64,000 nucleotides of DNA from Candidatus Cloacimonadales bacterium (GCA_963666875.2 CAXXPU010000005.1:21463-85462); one strand, 5' to 3'; counted from the first letter of the stretch, positions 19,001 through 27,627 are shown. Notes: generated by a model not told the origin, from the sequence alone. Program-made: numbers and translations.

Positions 19001-19653
19001 TTTGTCAATCGGTTGCCATCGATTAGAACGTTTTCGACATGTGGTGACGAGCTGGCATTCAGCATTCCACCGCCATACGTATGACCCTGGTTGCCCCTTA
19101 TCTCCAAGTTATAGTAACTGGGTGAACTATTCCAGTTCAATATCCCGCCACCACCGTAATAAGAGATACCAGAGCCGGCAGTAACGATAAAACCATCCAA
19201 TCTTGCGGTATTATCCACACCATCTGGAGCGACAACTACATGATCCGCATTCGTCCCAACCTGCTGATCCCAGCTTTCGGTAATCCAGTTACCGTCGTCG
19301 TTCACATCATCCTGCCCGAGATCGCCGCTTAAAATCGTTTTATTTTCCTGCCAGTCCCTTTCAGTCAGTAGCGTTTCCGTTCCAGCAAAGCCACCGTAGA
19401 CTTCCACGCCCGAGCTGAGCATAAAACTGCTTGTGGCGTAATAGACACCTTCCACAACCCAGATTTGATCTCCTGGAACCGCCGAATTCAATGCGGTATG
19501 CAAAGAAGTAAATGCGTCCGTCCAGGATTCCCCTGTCTCACTTCCAAACGCGCAGGCATCGACATGAATTATCTCCGCAGAAATACTCGTTCCACTGAAT
19601 AATATGGACAACGCCATGACACTCCACAATATAGAAAGCTTCTTGTTTTTCAT
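13093..19653 (-). CDS. Giant secreted protein (2,186 aa) of five Pmp-like parallel beta-helix modules (choice-of-anchor-Q-like) plus a C-terminal Fn3 domain; no T9SS sorting domain
   Basis: Signal peptide MKNKKLSILWSVMALSILFSGTSISA. Each module begins G.SW.DAFTSLQSAL..A..G.QIWVAKGTY, is rich in GGG/GGA and F..N turns, and ends D.RGQ.RIQN.TIDMGAYEW. The tail LTAPANVTISVGDSSILLSWTIVPDATSYIIYRS is Fn3-like. Confidence 0.85.
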   Translation of the reverse strand: MKNKKLSILWSVMALSILFSGTSISAEIIHVDACAFGSETGESWTDAFTSLHTALNSAVPGDQIWVVEGVYYATSSFMLSSGVEVYGGFAGTETLLTERDWQENKTILSGDLGQDDVNDDGNWITESWDQQVGTNADHVVVAPDGVDNTARLDGFIVTAGSGISYYGGGGILNWNSSPSYYNLEIRGNQGHTYGGGMLNASSSPHVENVLIDGNRLTNNLPICYGGGMYNLYGGSPVIINVQFNNNLASAGGGYAGEDVNAFFDDVVFSNNISTGVGGGGVYLRDQSNAILNHVTFRYNQAFSGGGLYHVGGGTLTLRSVAFLENTVISSETINSGGGLEAAYGVTVDAVNVSVIGNTATDNGGGVSFTDSSIGTFTNCLFIGNRSVGGTIGGVRACWGSTVTLTNTTFNGNRASGTGGAFGTDWGANSISATNCIIWGNYPDQVLGSGISISYSNVQMDSGVYTGTGNINCNPLFIEAVDPLEAPTTGGDLRINGISPCVDTGENTYNSEALDFRGQARIQNSTIDMGAYEWTDGIDPSFQVIYVNAMADGNNDGSSWTDAFISLQSGLDAAISGNHIWVAKGTYVPEDSYDLFNTPRNYHFRMIEGVEIYGGFSGTETSSNQRTHYGVGEENETILSGDLNGDDVVSGTGETLAFSNYTDNCYHVIYNPDPLTSTSLLNGFSVRGGNADGTNPHNSGSGIYNFHASPSLTNVILIENQGIYGGGIYNQDASPVVTNCIIYRNLAQNGAGSENETSSPVFINTTIVMNLATNAGGGLNNHLNATPTFNNCIIWGNHALTGNQMYISGGGTTILNYSCYPSQDNDVIMSGATFVADNNNTTENPDFLDAIIGDFRLLENSPAVNRGLNSYNTTLTDVRGQARIQNTTIDMGAYEWTPGVDPYSIAGILYVDINAVGANNGASWADAFTSLQSALDIAIPGDQIWVAKGTYIPSSSYNLTNTPRYYHFRMMEGVEIYGGFAGTETSMDERTNFGMGDENETILSGDRFGDDIVSGSGETLTFSNNSENCYHVIYNPDPLTTASVLNGFTVKGGHGNGTEPFDRGSGVFNSGASPSITNVSITANVGDYGGGVCNYNASPIITNCLIYGNKTTNNSAGIENSTSSSPVLTNTTIAMNVTTNYGGGMLNYNNCSPVLQNCIVWGNLATTGNQMFLMGGGTTTLKYSCYANGTNDVVLSGGSDILDATINNISVDPLFVSAETGDLRIDGSSSCVDTGDNNYNNESCDIRGQDRIQNTTIDMGAYEWTVGVDPPLQVIFVDLLAGGNNDGSCWVDAYTSLQSALNEAVSGNQIWVAKGTYKPEYDYGLGGGSRYYHFRMVEGTEIYGGFAGTETGVDQRTNYGFEEANETILSGDLNDNDDFDVTNGGYQGASGDDNCYHVFYHPDGMNLTNSALLDGFTITGGNANRGSNPHNRGGAFYLFSSSPVIRKVNFDSNKAESIGGAVYMYDSMSFLENASFSNNLSSNSGGGVYVYNGSPEFDGLSFASNYAYNAGAIYFRETTASIRNAIFTGNNSVTDGGALSTHSSSLTIANALFSSNTTTNNGGAIIFYSSSVQYDAVLNNVTISENHAGLSGGGIRFASDNVASTLTIRNSVIWNNTATSSGNELSLVSTGSTTINYSCYKNLVNDVETLNGILDATNNNITIDPLFIDAFTQDFRLLGCSPAVNSGLNSYNTASTDVRGQARIQNTTIDMGAYEWTHDVDPYSIAGILYADINAVGANNGASWADAFTSLQSALDIAIPGDQIWVAKGTYIPSSSYNLTNTPRYYHFRMMEGVEIYGGFAGTETSMDERTNFGMGDENETILSGDRFGDDIVSGSGETLTFSNNSENCYHVIYNPDPLTTASVLNGFTVKGGHGNGTEPFDRGSGVFNSGASPSITNVSITANVGDYGGGVCNYNASPIITNCLIYGNKTTNNSAGIENSTSSSPVLTNTTIAMNVTTNYGGGMLNYNNCSPVLQNCIVWGNLATTGNQMFLMGGGTTTLKYSCYANGTNDVVLSGGSDILDATINNISVDPLFVSAETGDLRIDGSSSCVDTGDNNYNNESCDIRGQDRIQNTTIDMGAYEWTVGVDPGELTAPANVTISVGDSSILLSWTIVPDATSYIIYRSEFPDREFVQIGTTATESYIDTEPLRESSCFYFVVAANNLRNDQQSVNNRYHPGRDKKLMTH
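13388..14560 (-). repeat. Copy B of a near-identical intragenic direct repeat, about 1.1-1.2 kb
   Basis: Line-by-line comparison with 15848-17020 (offset exactly 2,460 bp). I saw only about 3 mismatches between 13388 and about 14460, with divergence increasing to about 14620. Confidence 0.9.
15848..17020 (-). repeat. Copy A of the near-identical intragenic direct repeat
   Basis: Same as for 13388-14560. The encoded roughly 395-aa module (VDPYSIAGILY...MGAYEWTVGVDP) appears twice in the translation. Confidence 0.9.
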
Positions 19654-20265
19654 TATACGTCCCCCCTTTTTTTATGCATTTCTAATAACGCACCCAATAA
19701 TTGGGATACGATTTGATGGTTTGAGAACATTCGTTGGCTTGCCAGTTTCGTTTTTCCGATTCCAATTATATTAGGCTTCGATGTGAGTTTGACACCCACA
19801 TTCTGCAGTGAGTCTGGTTTACAATTCATTTATAGCGTGGGAAGTAATTGTTTTGTCCGATGTGGCGTAGAACATGTTTCTGTAAAAGTGTCAGGTACAA
19901 GACCGATAAAATATATAACGGATCACCCCTCATCTTCACAAGTTAGATTCCATGACGCGAAAGGCTTTCTCAAGCCATTTCTCCAGATCCAAGACTACGG
20001 TTCCCAACGCTTCGAAAAGCGCACAGGTCGAATATCCTCTGAGGAAGTTCAACAAGATCTCGCGTTTGCGGAACTACTCCACCCCACAGGTTTGCAGGGA
20101 GCGGCTTCCAAGGTGAGAGTCAACAGCAAAACAGATATTCCCATCCCATCCTCCAGGGACATCATCGATTATCTCAAAATCCATGTTCAAGATTTTCAGC
20201 AGCGTAACAATTGAAACACGACTTGAATTTATCTGAGATTCATGCCGCTGCTTTGTCAAGATCAT

Positions 20266-20720
20266 TTTCTCGATTCAATGTTTTTTACTTCCAGGGCGTT
20301 TGAAATCCCATTTTTCGATGCGCCAGTTGTCAAATAGCTCGAAGGATCCTTGGGCAACCGGCGACCTGTTTCATATTAATGAAGCCACGTCCGAAAACGA
20401 TTTGTTGCTTGAGTGTTTTATTGAATCGTTCTGCCACTCCGTTAGTCTGGGGGGAGCGCCACGAAGGCAAAGCCTGGTTTGATCTTGTGGTGTGTGCATT
20501 CCAACACCTCAATAAAGTCGCGCTGGCTGATGTACTTGATTTCGATGACGGTCTCCGAACTAACCTCATGCGCAGTGAATGGACGTCGGGTGTACTCCAC
20601 GAATCGTAGAATCACTCTCGCTTTGCCAAATCCATCATCGCTTCCTACGAGATCCTGGCCTGTTGAAGGTGCTTGGGACCAAACTCGACGACGTCAAGAT
20701 CGCGCGGATGGCCCCAAGCA
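20266..20720 (-). pseudogene. Decayed DDE (rve) integrase/transposase, with multiple frameshifts
   Basis: Minus-strand frames give SPQTNGVAERFNKTLKQQIVFGRGFINMKQ, then in another frame ELFDNWRIEKWDFKRPGSKKH*. Upstream, in a third frame, FIEVLECTHHKIKPGFAFVA. The family is not assigned. Confidence 0.6.
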
Positions 20721-20912
20721 GCTTTCTTATCTTGAAGGGGTTTGACATTTTCGTGACCCCAATACGTCCAGAATCACTCCAAGACTGGATTTCACAAGTC
20801 CAAAAGAAAAGTGCCCGTAACCGGCACCACGAGCCGATTCACGAGCACTTGGACAATGTGACCTAATTTGACATTCTTGGTGACTCTTTGCAGCAGATAC
20901 GGTACGATATAG

Positions 20913-20945
20913 AAAACCCCTTCGCTGCATAGCGCAACGAAGGGG
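20913..20945 (-). terminator. Rho-independent terminator of the 20961-21977 gene
   Basis: Stem CCCCTTCG (20917-20924) pairs with CGAAGGGG (20938-20945). It is followed on the minus strand by a T-run (plus-strand AAAA at 20913-20916). Confidence 0.6.
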
Positions 20946-20960
20946 CTCCTCCTCCCGAAA

Positions 20961-21977
20961 TTATTTCAGTAAAATCATCTTCTTGACCAGGGGTGATCGA
21001 CTGGAGACGAGTACCACCGTATAATAAACGCCGCTTCCGACGTTTTTGCCGGTTTCGTCTGTTCCGTTCCAGGTCAGGTTGGTTTTATTTTCGGACGGTA
21101 CATCGTGATAAAGCGTACGGACCTTCTGTCCGCGGACGTTGAACACCTCAACCGTCACGGGTTTTTTACGATCCTGTTCCGCCACTTCGAAGGATATCGT
21201 TGTCTGCGGATTGAACGGATTGGGGTAAACCGCAACGTTCATGGCGCTGGAAGTAACGATTTCCTCTTCATCCGTCGGCAGGATGATCTCGGTCTGTCCG
21301 GCTTGAAGGATCTGCCGGGATTCCCAGTCCTGCACGACCACTACACCGCGCAATCGGTCGAGATCCCAGTTGGAATCAAGCTCGAACGTATGCTGGTAAT
21401 CAGTAATATCGCCGGCTTCGCTGGATGTGAACGTGTATTCGTCCGACTTGAGCAGCACGACGCCATGGTAGTTGGTCAGGTCGTGGTAGGTCAGCAGGAA
21501 GAAGATACGGTTGTCGTACGATGTGAGATCATTATAAAGCTCGACACTCGCATCGATAACAACGGACGTTTCTCTTCCGCCGTCGAGGGTCATGGTTGGA
21601 ACCACTTTCATCGGCGGCTGGACATCCACAAGCTGCATGTAATAGTCGTAGTAAGTATTGATAACGTCATACTCGCCTTCGTAAAGGTGTACGCCGCCCC
21701 AGGCTGCAAGCGGATCCAGTTCGCCATCGTACCATGCGAACCGCTCCACACCGCCGGGTGATGTTTCATCGGTCATATTCCATATCACCGGGATGATGAA
21801 AGGATATTCTTGAGAAAGTTGAACGAGCGCCGACCGCGCTACAGAGTAGTCACCGCCGCAGCCGCTACAAACGGTGGAGAATACCTCCCCGACCACGTTT
21901 AGCTGCGCGGCATGCAGCAGCAACACCGCCAATAATATTGGCAGCATCAGCACGTATTTTCTCATATGGTACTCCAA
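20961..21977 (-). CDS. Secreted hypothetical protein with a T9SS sorting domain
   Basis: Signal peptide MRKYVLMLPILLAVLLLHA (likely start at 21965). A CSGC motif lies near the N-terminus. C-terminus VYPNPFNPQTTISFEV...VFNVRGQKVRTL...GVYYTVVLVSSRSPLVKKMILLK. Confidence 0.8.
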   Translation of the reverse strand: MEYHMRKYVLMLPILLAVLLLHAAQLNVVGEVFSTVCSGCGGDYSVARSALVQLSQEYPFIIPVIWNMTDETSPGGVERFAWYDGELDPLAAWGGVHLYEGEYDVINTYYDYYMQLVDVQPPMKVVPTMTLDGGRETSVVIDASVELYNDLTSYDNRIFFLLTYHDLTNYHGVVLLKSDEYTFTSSEAGDITDYQHTFELDSNWDLDRLRGVVVVQDWESRQILQAGQTEIILPTDEEEIVTSSAMNVAVYPNPFNPQTTISFEVAEQDRKKPVTVEVFNVRGQKVRTLYHDVPSENKTNLTWNGTDETGKNVGSGVYYTVVLVSSRSPLVKKMILLK

Positions 21978-22033
21978 TGTATCGATTCAGTTCGTTACGT
22001 TTATCAGATAATGTAGCACGTTATTTGACGATG

Positions 22034-22963
22034 TCAAATACTATCATCGTTGTTATGATCGTCATCCGAAAGCTTCTGCAGGAAATCGATGGTGCCGTAC
22101 TTGGTCTTGATCAGGTGCAGAATCTTGTTGTGGATGAGCGAAAGCGCGGAAGAGAAGGGTCCGATCTTTCGTGCGTGTTCGACGATGCGGTGCGCTTCGA
22201 GGAGTCGCTCGTGCGCGATATAGATATTGACCAGATCGAGATAGGTGGTGATATTGAAGGGTTCCTTGCGGATGCTCTTGAGAAGATAGTCGATCGCCTG
22301 CTCGGATTTGCCGATCTTCTCGCTGGTGATTCCATAGGCTCGGAAGAAATTGGCGGAAGAATACTTGAGCTTCTCCGCGTCCTGAAACTCGATATAGGCC
22401 TTGAGCCAGTTCTTTTCGTAGGTATAAGCGATGCCGCGCAGGAAGGAAATTTTGCCGGACTTCCCGAAAATATTCTCGGTGAGGTTCAGTCGCTCGATGG
22501 CTTTTTCGTAATCCTTTTGCGACAGGTATTGTTCGACCAGGAAGAAATAGGGTAGTTCGGAGTCGGGTTGAATCTGGATCAGTTCTTCCAGCAGCGTGAT
22601 ACTTTCAGCGACGCGATTTACACGTGAAAGCGCGATCGCCTTGTTGTACCGCGCCTCAGGGAACGGATCGCCCATCTGATCGTAGTAGTAAAGCGCGATG
22701 TTCATCTCGTTCATGGAGAGGTAGCAATTTGCGATCTTAAAGAGTAGATTCGGATTTTTCGCATCCTTGTCGAGGGCTTTCTGGTACATCTCGATAGCTT
22801 TCTTGTGCAGCTTCCTGCCTGAGTAGATGTCGCCCATCTCGGTGAGGATGACCGGATCGTTGTCGTGCAGAGACAGCGATTCCTCCAGGATCCGCACCGC
22901 GTGAAGCCAGTTGCGCTTCCGTTCGAATTTCGCCTGCCAGAGAATATTTTGTATATCGTCCAT
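22034..22963 (-). CDS. Tetratricopeptide (TPR) repeat protein
   Basis: Repeated 34-residue A..Y..AL...P-type helical pattern throughout (for example AIEMYQKALDKDAKNPNLLFKIANCY). Confidence 0.75.
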   Translation of the reverse strand: MDDIQNILWQAKFERKRNWLHAVRILEESLSLHDNDPVILTEMGDIYSGRKLHKKAIEMYQKALDKDAKNPNLLFKIANCYLSMNEMNIALYYYDQMGDPFPEARYNKAIALSRVNRVAESITLLEELIQIQPDSELPYFFLVEQYLSQKDYEKAIERLNLTENIFGKSGKISFLRGIAYTYEKNWLKAYIEFQDAEKLKYSSANFFRAYGITSEKIGKSEQAIDYLLKSIRKEPFNITTYLDLVNIYIAHERLLEAHRIVEHARKIGPFSSALSLIHNKILHLIKTKYGTIDFLQKLSDDDHNNDDSI

Positions 22964-22964
22964 A

Positions 22965-23933
22965 TTATATTTTGTTTCTCGGAACCTGTAGTAGATCCCT
23001 AATCCACGTTAAAACCTGATCTGGATCATCGCAGTGATTGATCGCCTGACGTATCTTCGCGCCGCCGCGAAATCCCTTCGTATAGTCGTGCAGATGGGTT
23101 CGCATTTCGCGGATTCCTCGCTCGATTCCATAGTAGTCGAGCGCCAGCCGAAGATGCTGCGCGACGATCTCGTATTTTTCATGATACGATAATTCTCTGA
23201 AAACGCCTGTCAAGAGAAAATCGCGTGTCTGGGCGAACAACCACGGTTTTCCGAGCGCACCGCGCCCAATCATGATGAAATCGCACCCGGTTTCGGACAT
23301 CATTCTCATAGCGTCTTCGGGTGAACGGATATCGCCGTTTCCCACCACCGGAACCGATACCGTCTCCTTAACTTTCGCGATCATGCCCCATTCGGCATTT
23401 CCGCTGTACATCTGGTTTCGCGTTCTGGGATGCACTGCGATCACGTCAGCGCCTGAATCCTCCAGGATCTTCGCGACTTCCACCGCGTTGACGTGTTCGG
23501 CGTCCCAGCCGCTTCGGATCTTGACCGTCAGCGGGATTCCCGAACCTTCGAGCGCCCTTTTCATTGCCCGGATAATCTCGCCGGCTTGTTCGGGCGTCTT
23601 CATCAGCGCGGATCCCGCACCGCGATTGACCACCTTCTTCACTGGGCAACCCATGTTCACGTCGATGAAATCCGGGCGACGCTTTTCGGCAATCAGGATC
23701 GCAGCCTTCGCCATGATATCCGGCTCCGAGCCGAACAACTGCACGCCGATGGGCCGATGCGATTCGAGGAAATCTGCGTAGCGGATGCTGCGGGATTCTT
23801 CGTGGATCAGACCGTCGGCGCTCACCATCTCGGTGACCATCACCTCCGCGCCGTTTTCCTTGCAGATAGTTCGAAAGGGTTGATCGGTGAATCCGGCCAG
23901 CGGTGCCAGCCAGACTTTGCTGTCGTGGATCAT
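22965..23933 (-). CDS. tRNA-dihydrouridine synthase (Dus family, DusB-like)
   Basis: LAPLAGFTDQPFRTICKENGAEVMVTEMVSA, VQLFGSEP, DVNMGCPVKKVVNRGAGSALM, VHPRTRNQMYSG. Confidence 0.9.
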   Translation of the reverse strand: MIHDSKVWLAPLAGFTDQPFRTICKENGAEVMVTEMVSADGLIHEESRSIRYADFLESHRPIGVQLFGSEPDIMAKAAILIAEKRRPDFIDVNMGCPVKKVVNRGAGSALMKTPEQAGEIIRAMKRALEGSGIPLTVKIRSGWDAEHVNAVEVAKILEDSGADVIAVHPRTRNQMYSGNAEWGMIAKVKETVSVPVVGNGDIRSPEDAMRMMSETGCDFIMIGRGALGKPWLFAQTRDFLLTGVFRELSYHEKYEIVAQHLRLALDYYGIERGIREMRTHLHDYTKGFRGGAKIRQAINHCDDPDQVLTWIRDLLQVPRNKI

Positions 23934-24668
23934 CTAAAAATTCTTTCGGCGGATTTCGTAGATGAGAATTGCGCTCGATACGGCTGCGTTGAGCGACTCC
24001 ATATGGTCCGTCATCGGGATCGAGAGTCTCTTTGTACAGAGCGATAACACCTCCGGCGAGATTCCGTGCGCCTCCGAGCCGATAACCAGCGCCAGCGGAC
24101 AGGGGAGATGCTCGACTTCAAAGATATTCTCGCCGTTCATGTCCGCTGCAAGGACGCTCTCGAAACCGGTAAGCCATTTAGCGTCGTGAATCTCGACGGG
24201 CATGAACATCGATGCGCCCAGCGATGCGCGAACCACCTTGGGATTGGTCGCTTCGCAGCATTCGGGCGAAAGGACGATGCCATCGACACCCGCCGCGGCG
24301 GCCGTGCGCATGATCGCGCCCATGTTTCCCGGATCGCTCACGCGATCCAGATAGAGCAGGAAATTGCGCTCGTTCAGCGGCTTCGGTACGATTGGGAAGA
24401 GGGCCGCGATTCCCTGCGGCGAACGTGTTTCGGTGATGCGGCTGAAATCGCGGGTGTCGAGCTGAAACACGCGATCCGCGTCAATCCTGTCGATGATGTC
24501 GTTGTATTCAGGTTTCGGTTGCGAGAAATACAATTCTTCCGGCGTCAGTCCGTTGTCCATCATCTGCCGGATGACGCGCAGGCCTTCGACGACAGTCTGT
24601 GCATGCTCGATCCGGAATTTCTTCTGATGGAGGCTTGCCAGAAACTTGATCCGGTTGAGGGTTATCAT
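23934..24668 (-). CDS. TrmH/SpoU-family RNA 2'-O-methyltransferase
   Basis: N-terminal substrate-binding region plus LDRVSDPGNMGAIMRTAAAAGVDGIVL, LVIGSEAHGIS and IPMTDHMESLNAAVSSAILIYE. Confidence 0.85.
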   Translation of the reverse strand: MITLNRIKFLASLHQKKFRIEHAQTVVEGLRVIRQMMDNGLTPEELYFSQPKPEYNDIIDRIDADRVFQLDTRDFSRITETRSPQGIAALFPIVPKPLNERNFLLYLDRVSDPGNMGAIMRTAAAAGVDGIVLSPECCEATNPKVVRASLGASMFMPVEIHDAKWLTGFESVLAADMNGENIFEVEHLPCPLALVIGSEAHGISPEVLSLCTKRLSIPMTDHMESLNAAVSSAILIYEIRRKNF

Positions 24669-26326
24669 TACTGGTGGTAAAGCGATTTAATCTTCCCGAC
24701 GTCGATGTTGTCGATCTGCTCGGGCTTGAGGTAGTCGTTAGCATAGTCGAGATAGAGTTTCGTGTCGATGAAGAGGTCGAGGATATCCTTGTCGATCTCG
24801 CGGTCCTTCGCCATAAATCCCATGATGCGCAGGGTCTCGCTGAGCGTCTTGCCCTTCTTGTAGGGTCTATCGGACGCAGTAAGGGCCTCGTAGAGGTCGG
24901 CGATGGAAATGATACGGGCTTGCAGTGGCAGATTGGATTCCTCGAGTTGACGCGGATAGCCCTTGCCGTTGAGCTTCTCGTGGTGCGATGACGCGTAGAG
25001 CGGCACGTTCCGGTATTTCTTCGGGAATGACAGTCCGTTCAGCATTTCGCTGGTAACCAGCGCGTGATCGCGCATGATGTTAAATTCGTCCGGCATCAGG
25101 GTACCGCGCCGTACGCAGAGATTGTTCTTCTCGTTTTCGGTCAGCAGGAAATAGTGTTTGTCGTCGGATGTGTATTTGAATTTGTAGATCTTCTCGACGC
25201 GCAGGAGGTCTTCGTCCTTCATGAATTCACCGCCGAAATTGACCTGCTCGATGAATTCGAAATCGGATTGCAGTTCCTTCAGCAAGCTTTGAAGCTTCTT
25301 TTTCTCGCCTTCTTTTTTCGCCCTGAGAATATCTTTTTCGACGACGGCTTCAGCCAGGTCAAAGCGGGTCTTGACCAGTTCGATGCGGTCGAAAATAGTC
25401 TCCAGCTTGGTGGCTTTGTCCATGATGTGCGCCGGTGTGATGATCTTGCCCATGTCGTGCATCCAGCCCGACATACTGATCTCTTTCATCTCGTCTTCGG
25501 TAAAAAGCTTGTCCTTGAATTGCCCCTTGTTGTCGGTCTGGATTTTCTCTGCAATCGCTTCGGTGAGTTTCGCTACACGCTCGATGTGCCCGCCGGTGTA
25601 TTTCGACTTCCGGTCGATTGCGCCCGCGATCGAGTGGATGAACTGGTTCAACAGTGTTTCCAGCCCCTCGACCAGCTTCTTGTTGGTCATGGAAATGGCG
25701 GCGAAGGACGCCAGCGCGTTCAGCATCGCCATGTGTTCATCGGTGAAGCTGATGATCTCGTTTTCTTCGTTCATGGCGTTGATGAGCTGCACCACGCCGA
25801 GAACTTCCTGTTCGTGATCCTTGAGCGGAAACGCCATCATCGACTGGGAGCGGTAGTTGTTCGCTTTATCGACTTTCCGCGTGCCGCTGTTGTCGAAAAT
25901 CTCCTGGTTATAGACATCGTCGATGCGCTGCGCGGTTCCGATGTGTGCCACGTAAGTCGCCATGTTGCGAAGCTGCTTGGTTCCGTTTTCCTGGTAGAGC
26001 GGGATGCTGGGCCAGGTGATGGGTCCATAGGTTCCGCCCATGTGCAGGTTCATGGTACGATTGTAAACCACGCGGAAATCGAGGAAGGTCTTGTCTTTCG
26101 AGACGGAGTAAATTGTTGCGCCGTCCGCGTTGGTGTAGGATAATGCTTCCTCGAGGATCATGTCGAAGATCTTGTCGAGATTCGTTTCAGCGGATAGCGC
26201 GATCCCGATTTCACGCAGCCGGTCGATGTGCGATAACTGGTCGCCGGCGAATTTGTTGATCTGTCCTCTGATCTCGTCCAGCAGTCTGGCTACCTTGCGA
26301 TTGGAACTGTAGTCTCCCGATGTCAT
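24668..26326 (-). CDS. GAF-domain HD-GYP phosphohydrolase (putative c-di-GMP phosphodiesterase)
   Basis: N-terminal GAF-like region, HD motif (WMHDMGKIITP) and GYP motif (HHEKLNGKGYPRQL). Its stop overlaps the trmH-like start by 1 nt. Confidence 0.85.
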   Translation of the reverse strand: MTSGDYSSNRKVARLLDEIRGQINKFAGDQLSHIDRLREIGIALSAETNLDKIFDMILEEALSYTNADGATIYSVSKDKTFLDFRVVYNRTMNLHMGGTYGPITWPSIPLYQENGTKQLRNMATYVAHIGTAQRIDDVYNQEIFDNSGTRKVDKANNYRSQSMMAFPLKDHEQEVLGVVQLINAMNEENEIISFTDEHMAMLNALASFAAISMTNKKLVEGLETLLNQFIHSIAGAIDRKSKYTGGHIERVAKLTEAIAEKIQTDNKGQFKDKLFTEDEMKEISMSGWMHDMGKIITPAHIMDKATKLETIFDRIELVKTRFDLAEAVVEKDILRAKKEGEKKKLQSLLKELQSDFEFIEQVNFGGEFMKDEDLLRVEKIYKFKYTSDDKHYFLLTENEKNNLCVRRGTLMPDEFNIMRDHALVTSEMLNGLSFPKKYRNVPLYASSHHEKLNGKGYPRQLEESNLPLQARIISIADLYEALTASDRPYKKGKTLSETLRIMGFMAKDREIDKDILDLFIDTKLYLDYANDYLKPEQIDNIDVGKIKSLYHQ

Positions 26327-26373
26327 GATTCAACCTCCAAAATCCATTGACAAACCTCCGATGCAGCCGCTCA

Positions 26374-26403
26374 GTGACAGAAATCGACTCGCACCGTTAC
26401 AAT
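26374..26403 (+). promoter_or_regulatory. Candidate sigma70-like promoter for the isochorismatase/MobA-like operon
   Basis: GTGACA (26374-26379), 18-nt spacer, TACAAT (26398-26403), about 50 nt upstream of the ATG at 26453. The promoter consensus for this lineage is unknown. Confidence 0.3.
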
Positions 26404-26452
26404 GACCAAAAGAAGGTTCAGGTGAATATGTCAACGATTTTAAGGAGGTTTC

Positions 26453-26989
26453 ATGAAAATTAAAGCTGAAGACGCGCTGTTTGTCATGATCGATGTTCAG
26501 GAACGCTTCCGTTCCGCGATTCACGACATGGATACCGTGATCCGCAATTGCGACATACTTACGCGGTCTTCGGAACTGCTCGGAATCAGGCTGATCGTCA
26601 CCGAGCAATACCCGGAAGGCTTGGGTAGAACGATGTCCGATATCCACGTACCCGAAGGGAGTATGCGATTCGAGAAGACACGTTTCAGTATCTTCGACGA
26701 CACGATCCGCAGGAAGATTTTCGAGCTCGATCCCTCCTGGATCGTCCTGTTCGGCATCGAATCCCACGTCTGCGTGATGCAGAGCGCGCTGGATGCGATA
26801 CGATTCGGCATGAACGTGATGGTGGTCAGCGACGCGGTAAACTCGCGATCGTTGCACAGCAAGGATATCGCGCTCGATCGGATGCGGCAGAACGGCTGTC
26901 AGGTGGTCACGACCGAGATGCTCTTGTTCGAGATCATGGAGGACGCTCATCATCCGGCTTTCCGCAAGATATCACGCCTGATCAAATGA
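26453..26989 (+). CDS. Isochorismatase-family hydrolase
   Basis: ALFVMIDVQERF, LIVTEQYPEGLGRT, VLFGIESHVCVMQSALD (catalytic Cys context). Confidence 0.85.
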   Translation: MKIKAEDALFVMIDVQERFRSAIHDMDTVIRNCDILTRSSELLGIRLIVTEQYPEGLGRTMSDIHVPEGSMRFEKTRFSIFDDTIRRKIFELDPSWIVLFGIESHVCVMQSALDAIRFGMNVMVVSDAVNSRSLHSKDIALDRMRQNGCQVVTTEMLLFEIMEDAHHPAFRKISRLIK

Positions 26990-27543
26990 TTATCGACACC
27001 ATCATTCTCGCAGCAGGTAAATCCCGCCGTATGGGCTTCGACAAGGCTTTGATGGAGATCGACGGCGAGGCCTGCATCGAAATGCATCTGAGGAAGTTAT
27101 TGCCTATGAGCGAAAAGGTGGTCATCGTTCTGTCAAACAATCTCGATGCGGTACGAGAGGCGATAGCCGGATATCCGTCAGTGAAAACTGTCTATAACGC
27201 GCAACACGAGATGGGGATGTTTTCTTCGGTGCAGGAGGGATTCCGGCATGTGAGTGGAGCAAGACCGGTGCTGTTGCAGATGGTGGATCAACCGGGTGTT
27301 TCGAGCGATGTTTATCGAACGCTGATCGAATCGTGGACGGATTCGGATCGCATCATTCAGCCCGGTGTGGTAGTCGATGGGGAGCTTTGTGCCGGTCATC
27401 CGCTACTGTTTCATCCCGATCTGATCGAGACGATCATCGGATTACAGCGAGACGCGATTCTACGTGATGTGGTGGAACGAGAAAAGGTACGTATTGTTCA
27501 GGTTACGGATATCAATGTGATGCAAAACTTGAATACGCCGTAG
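26986..27543 (+). CDS. MobA/MocA-like nucleotidyltransferase (NTP_transf_3 family)
   Basis: IILAAGKSRRMGFDKALMEIDGE at the N-terminus. 4-nt overlap with the upstream gene. Confidence 0.8.
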   Translation: MIIDTIILAAGKSRRMGFDKALMEIDGEACIEMHLRKLLPMSEKVVIVLSNNLDAVREAIAGYPSVKTVYNAQHEMGMFSSVQEGFRHVSGARPVLLQMVDQPGVSSDVYRTLIESWTDSDRIIQPGVVVDGELCAGHPLLFHPDLIETIIGLQRDAILRDVVEREKVRIVQVTDINVMQNLNTP

Positions 27544-27627
27544 GAAGCCAACTTCGGAACGTGACGAACGCAGTGAGTCTCTTCCGAATGTTTATTTCCT
27601 GATATTTGTCCAGTGCAACCGCAATAT

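Noticed and set aside
19950-20265. A minus-strand ORF pair (…DFEIIDDVPGGWDGNICFAVDSHLGS…VE*FRKREILLNFLRGYSTCALFEALGTVVLDLEKWLEKAF) that could be a decayed SUKH/SMI1-like immunity gene with an in-frame stop.
   Set aside because: The resemblance is vague, and I cannot support a family assignment without a profile search. I mention it only as part of the decayed region of the island.
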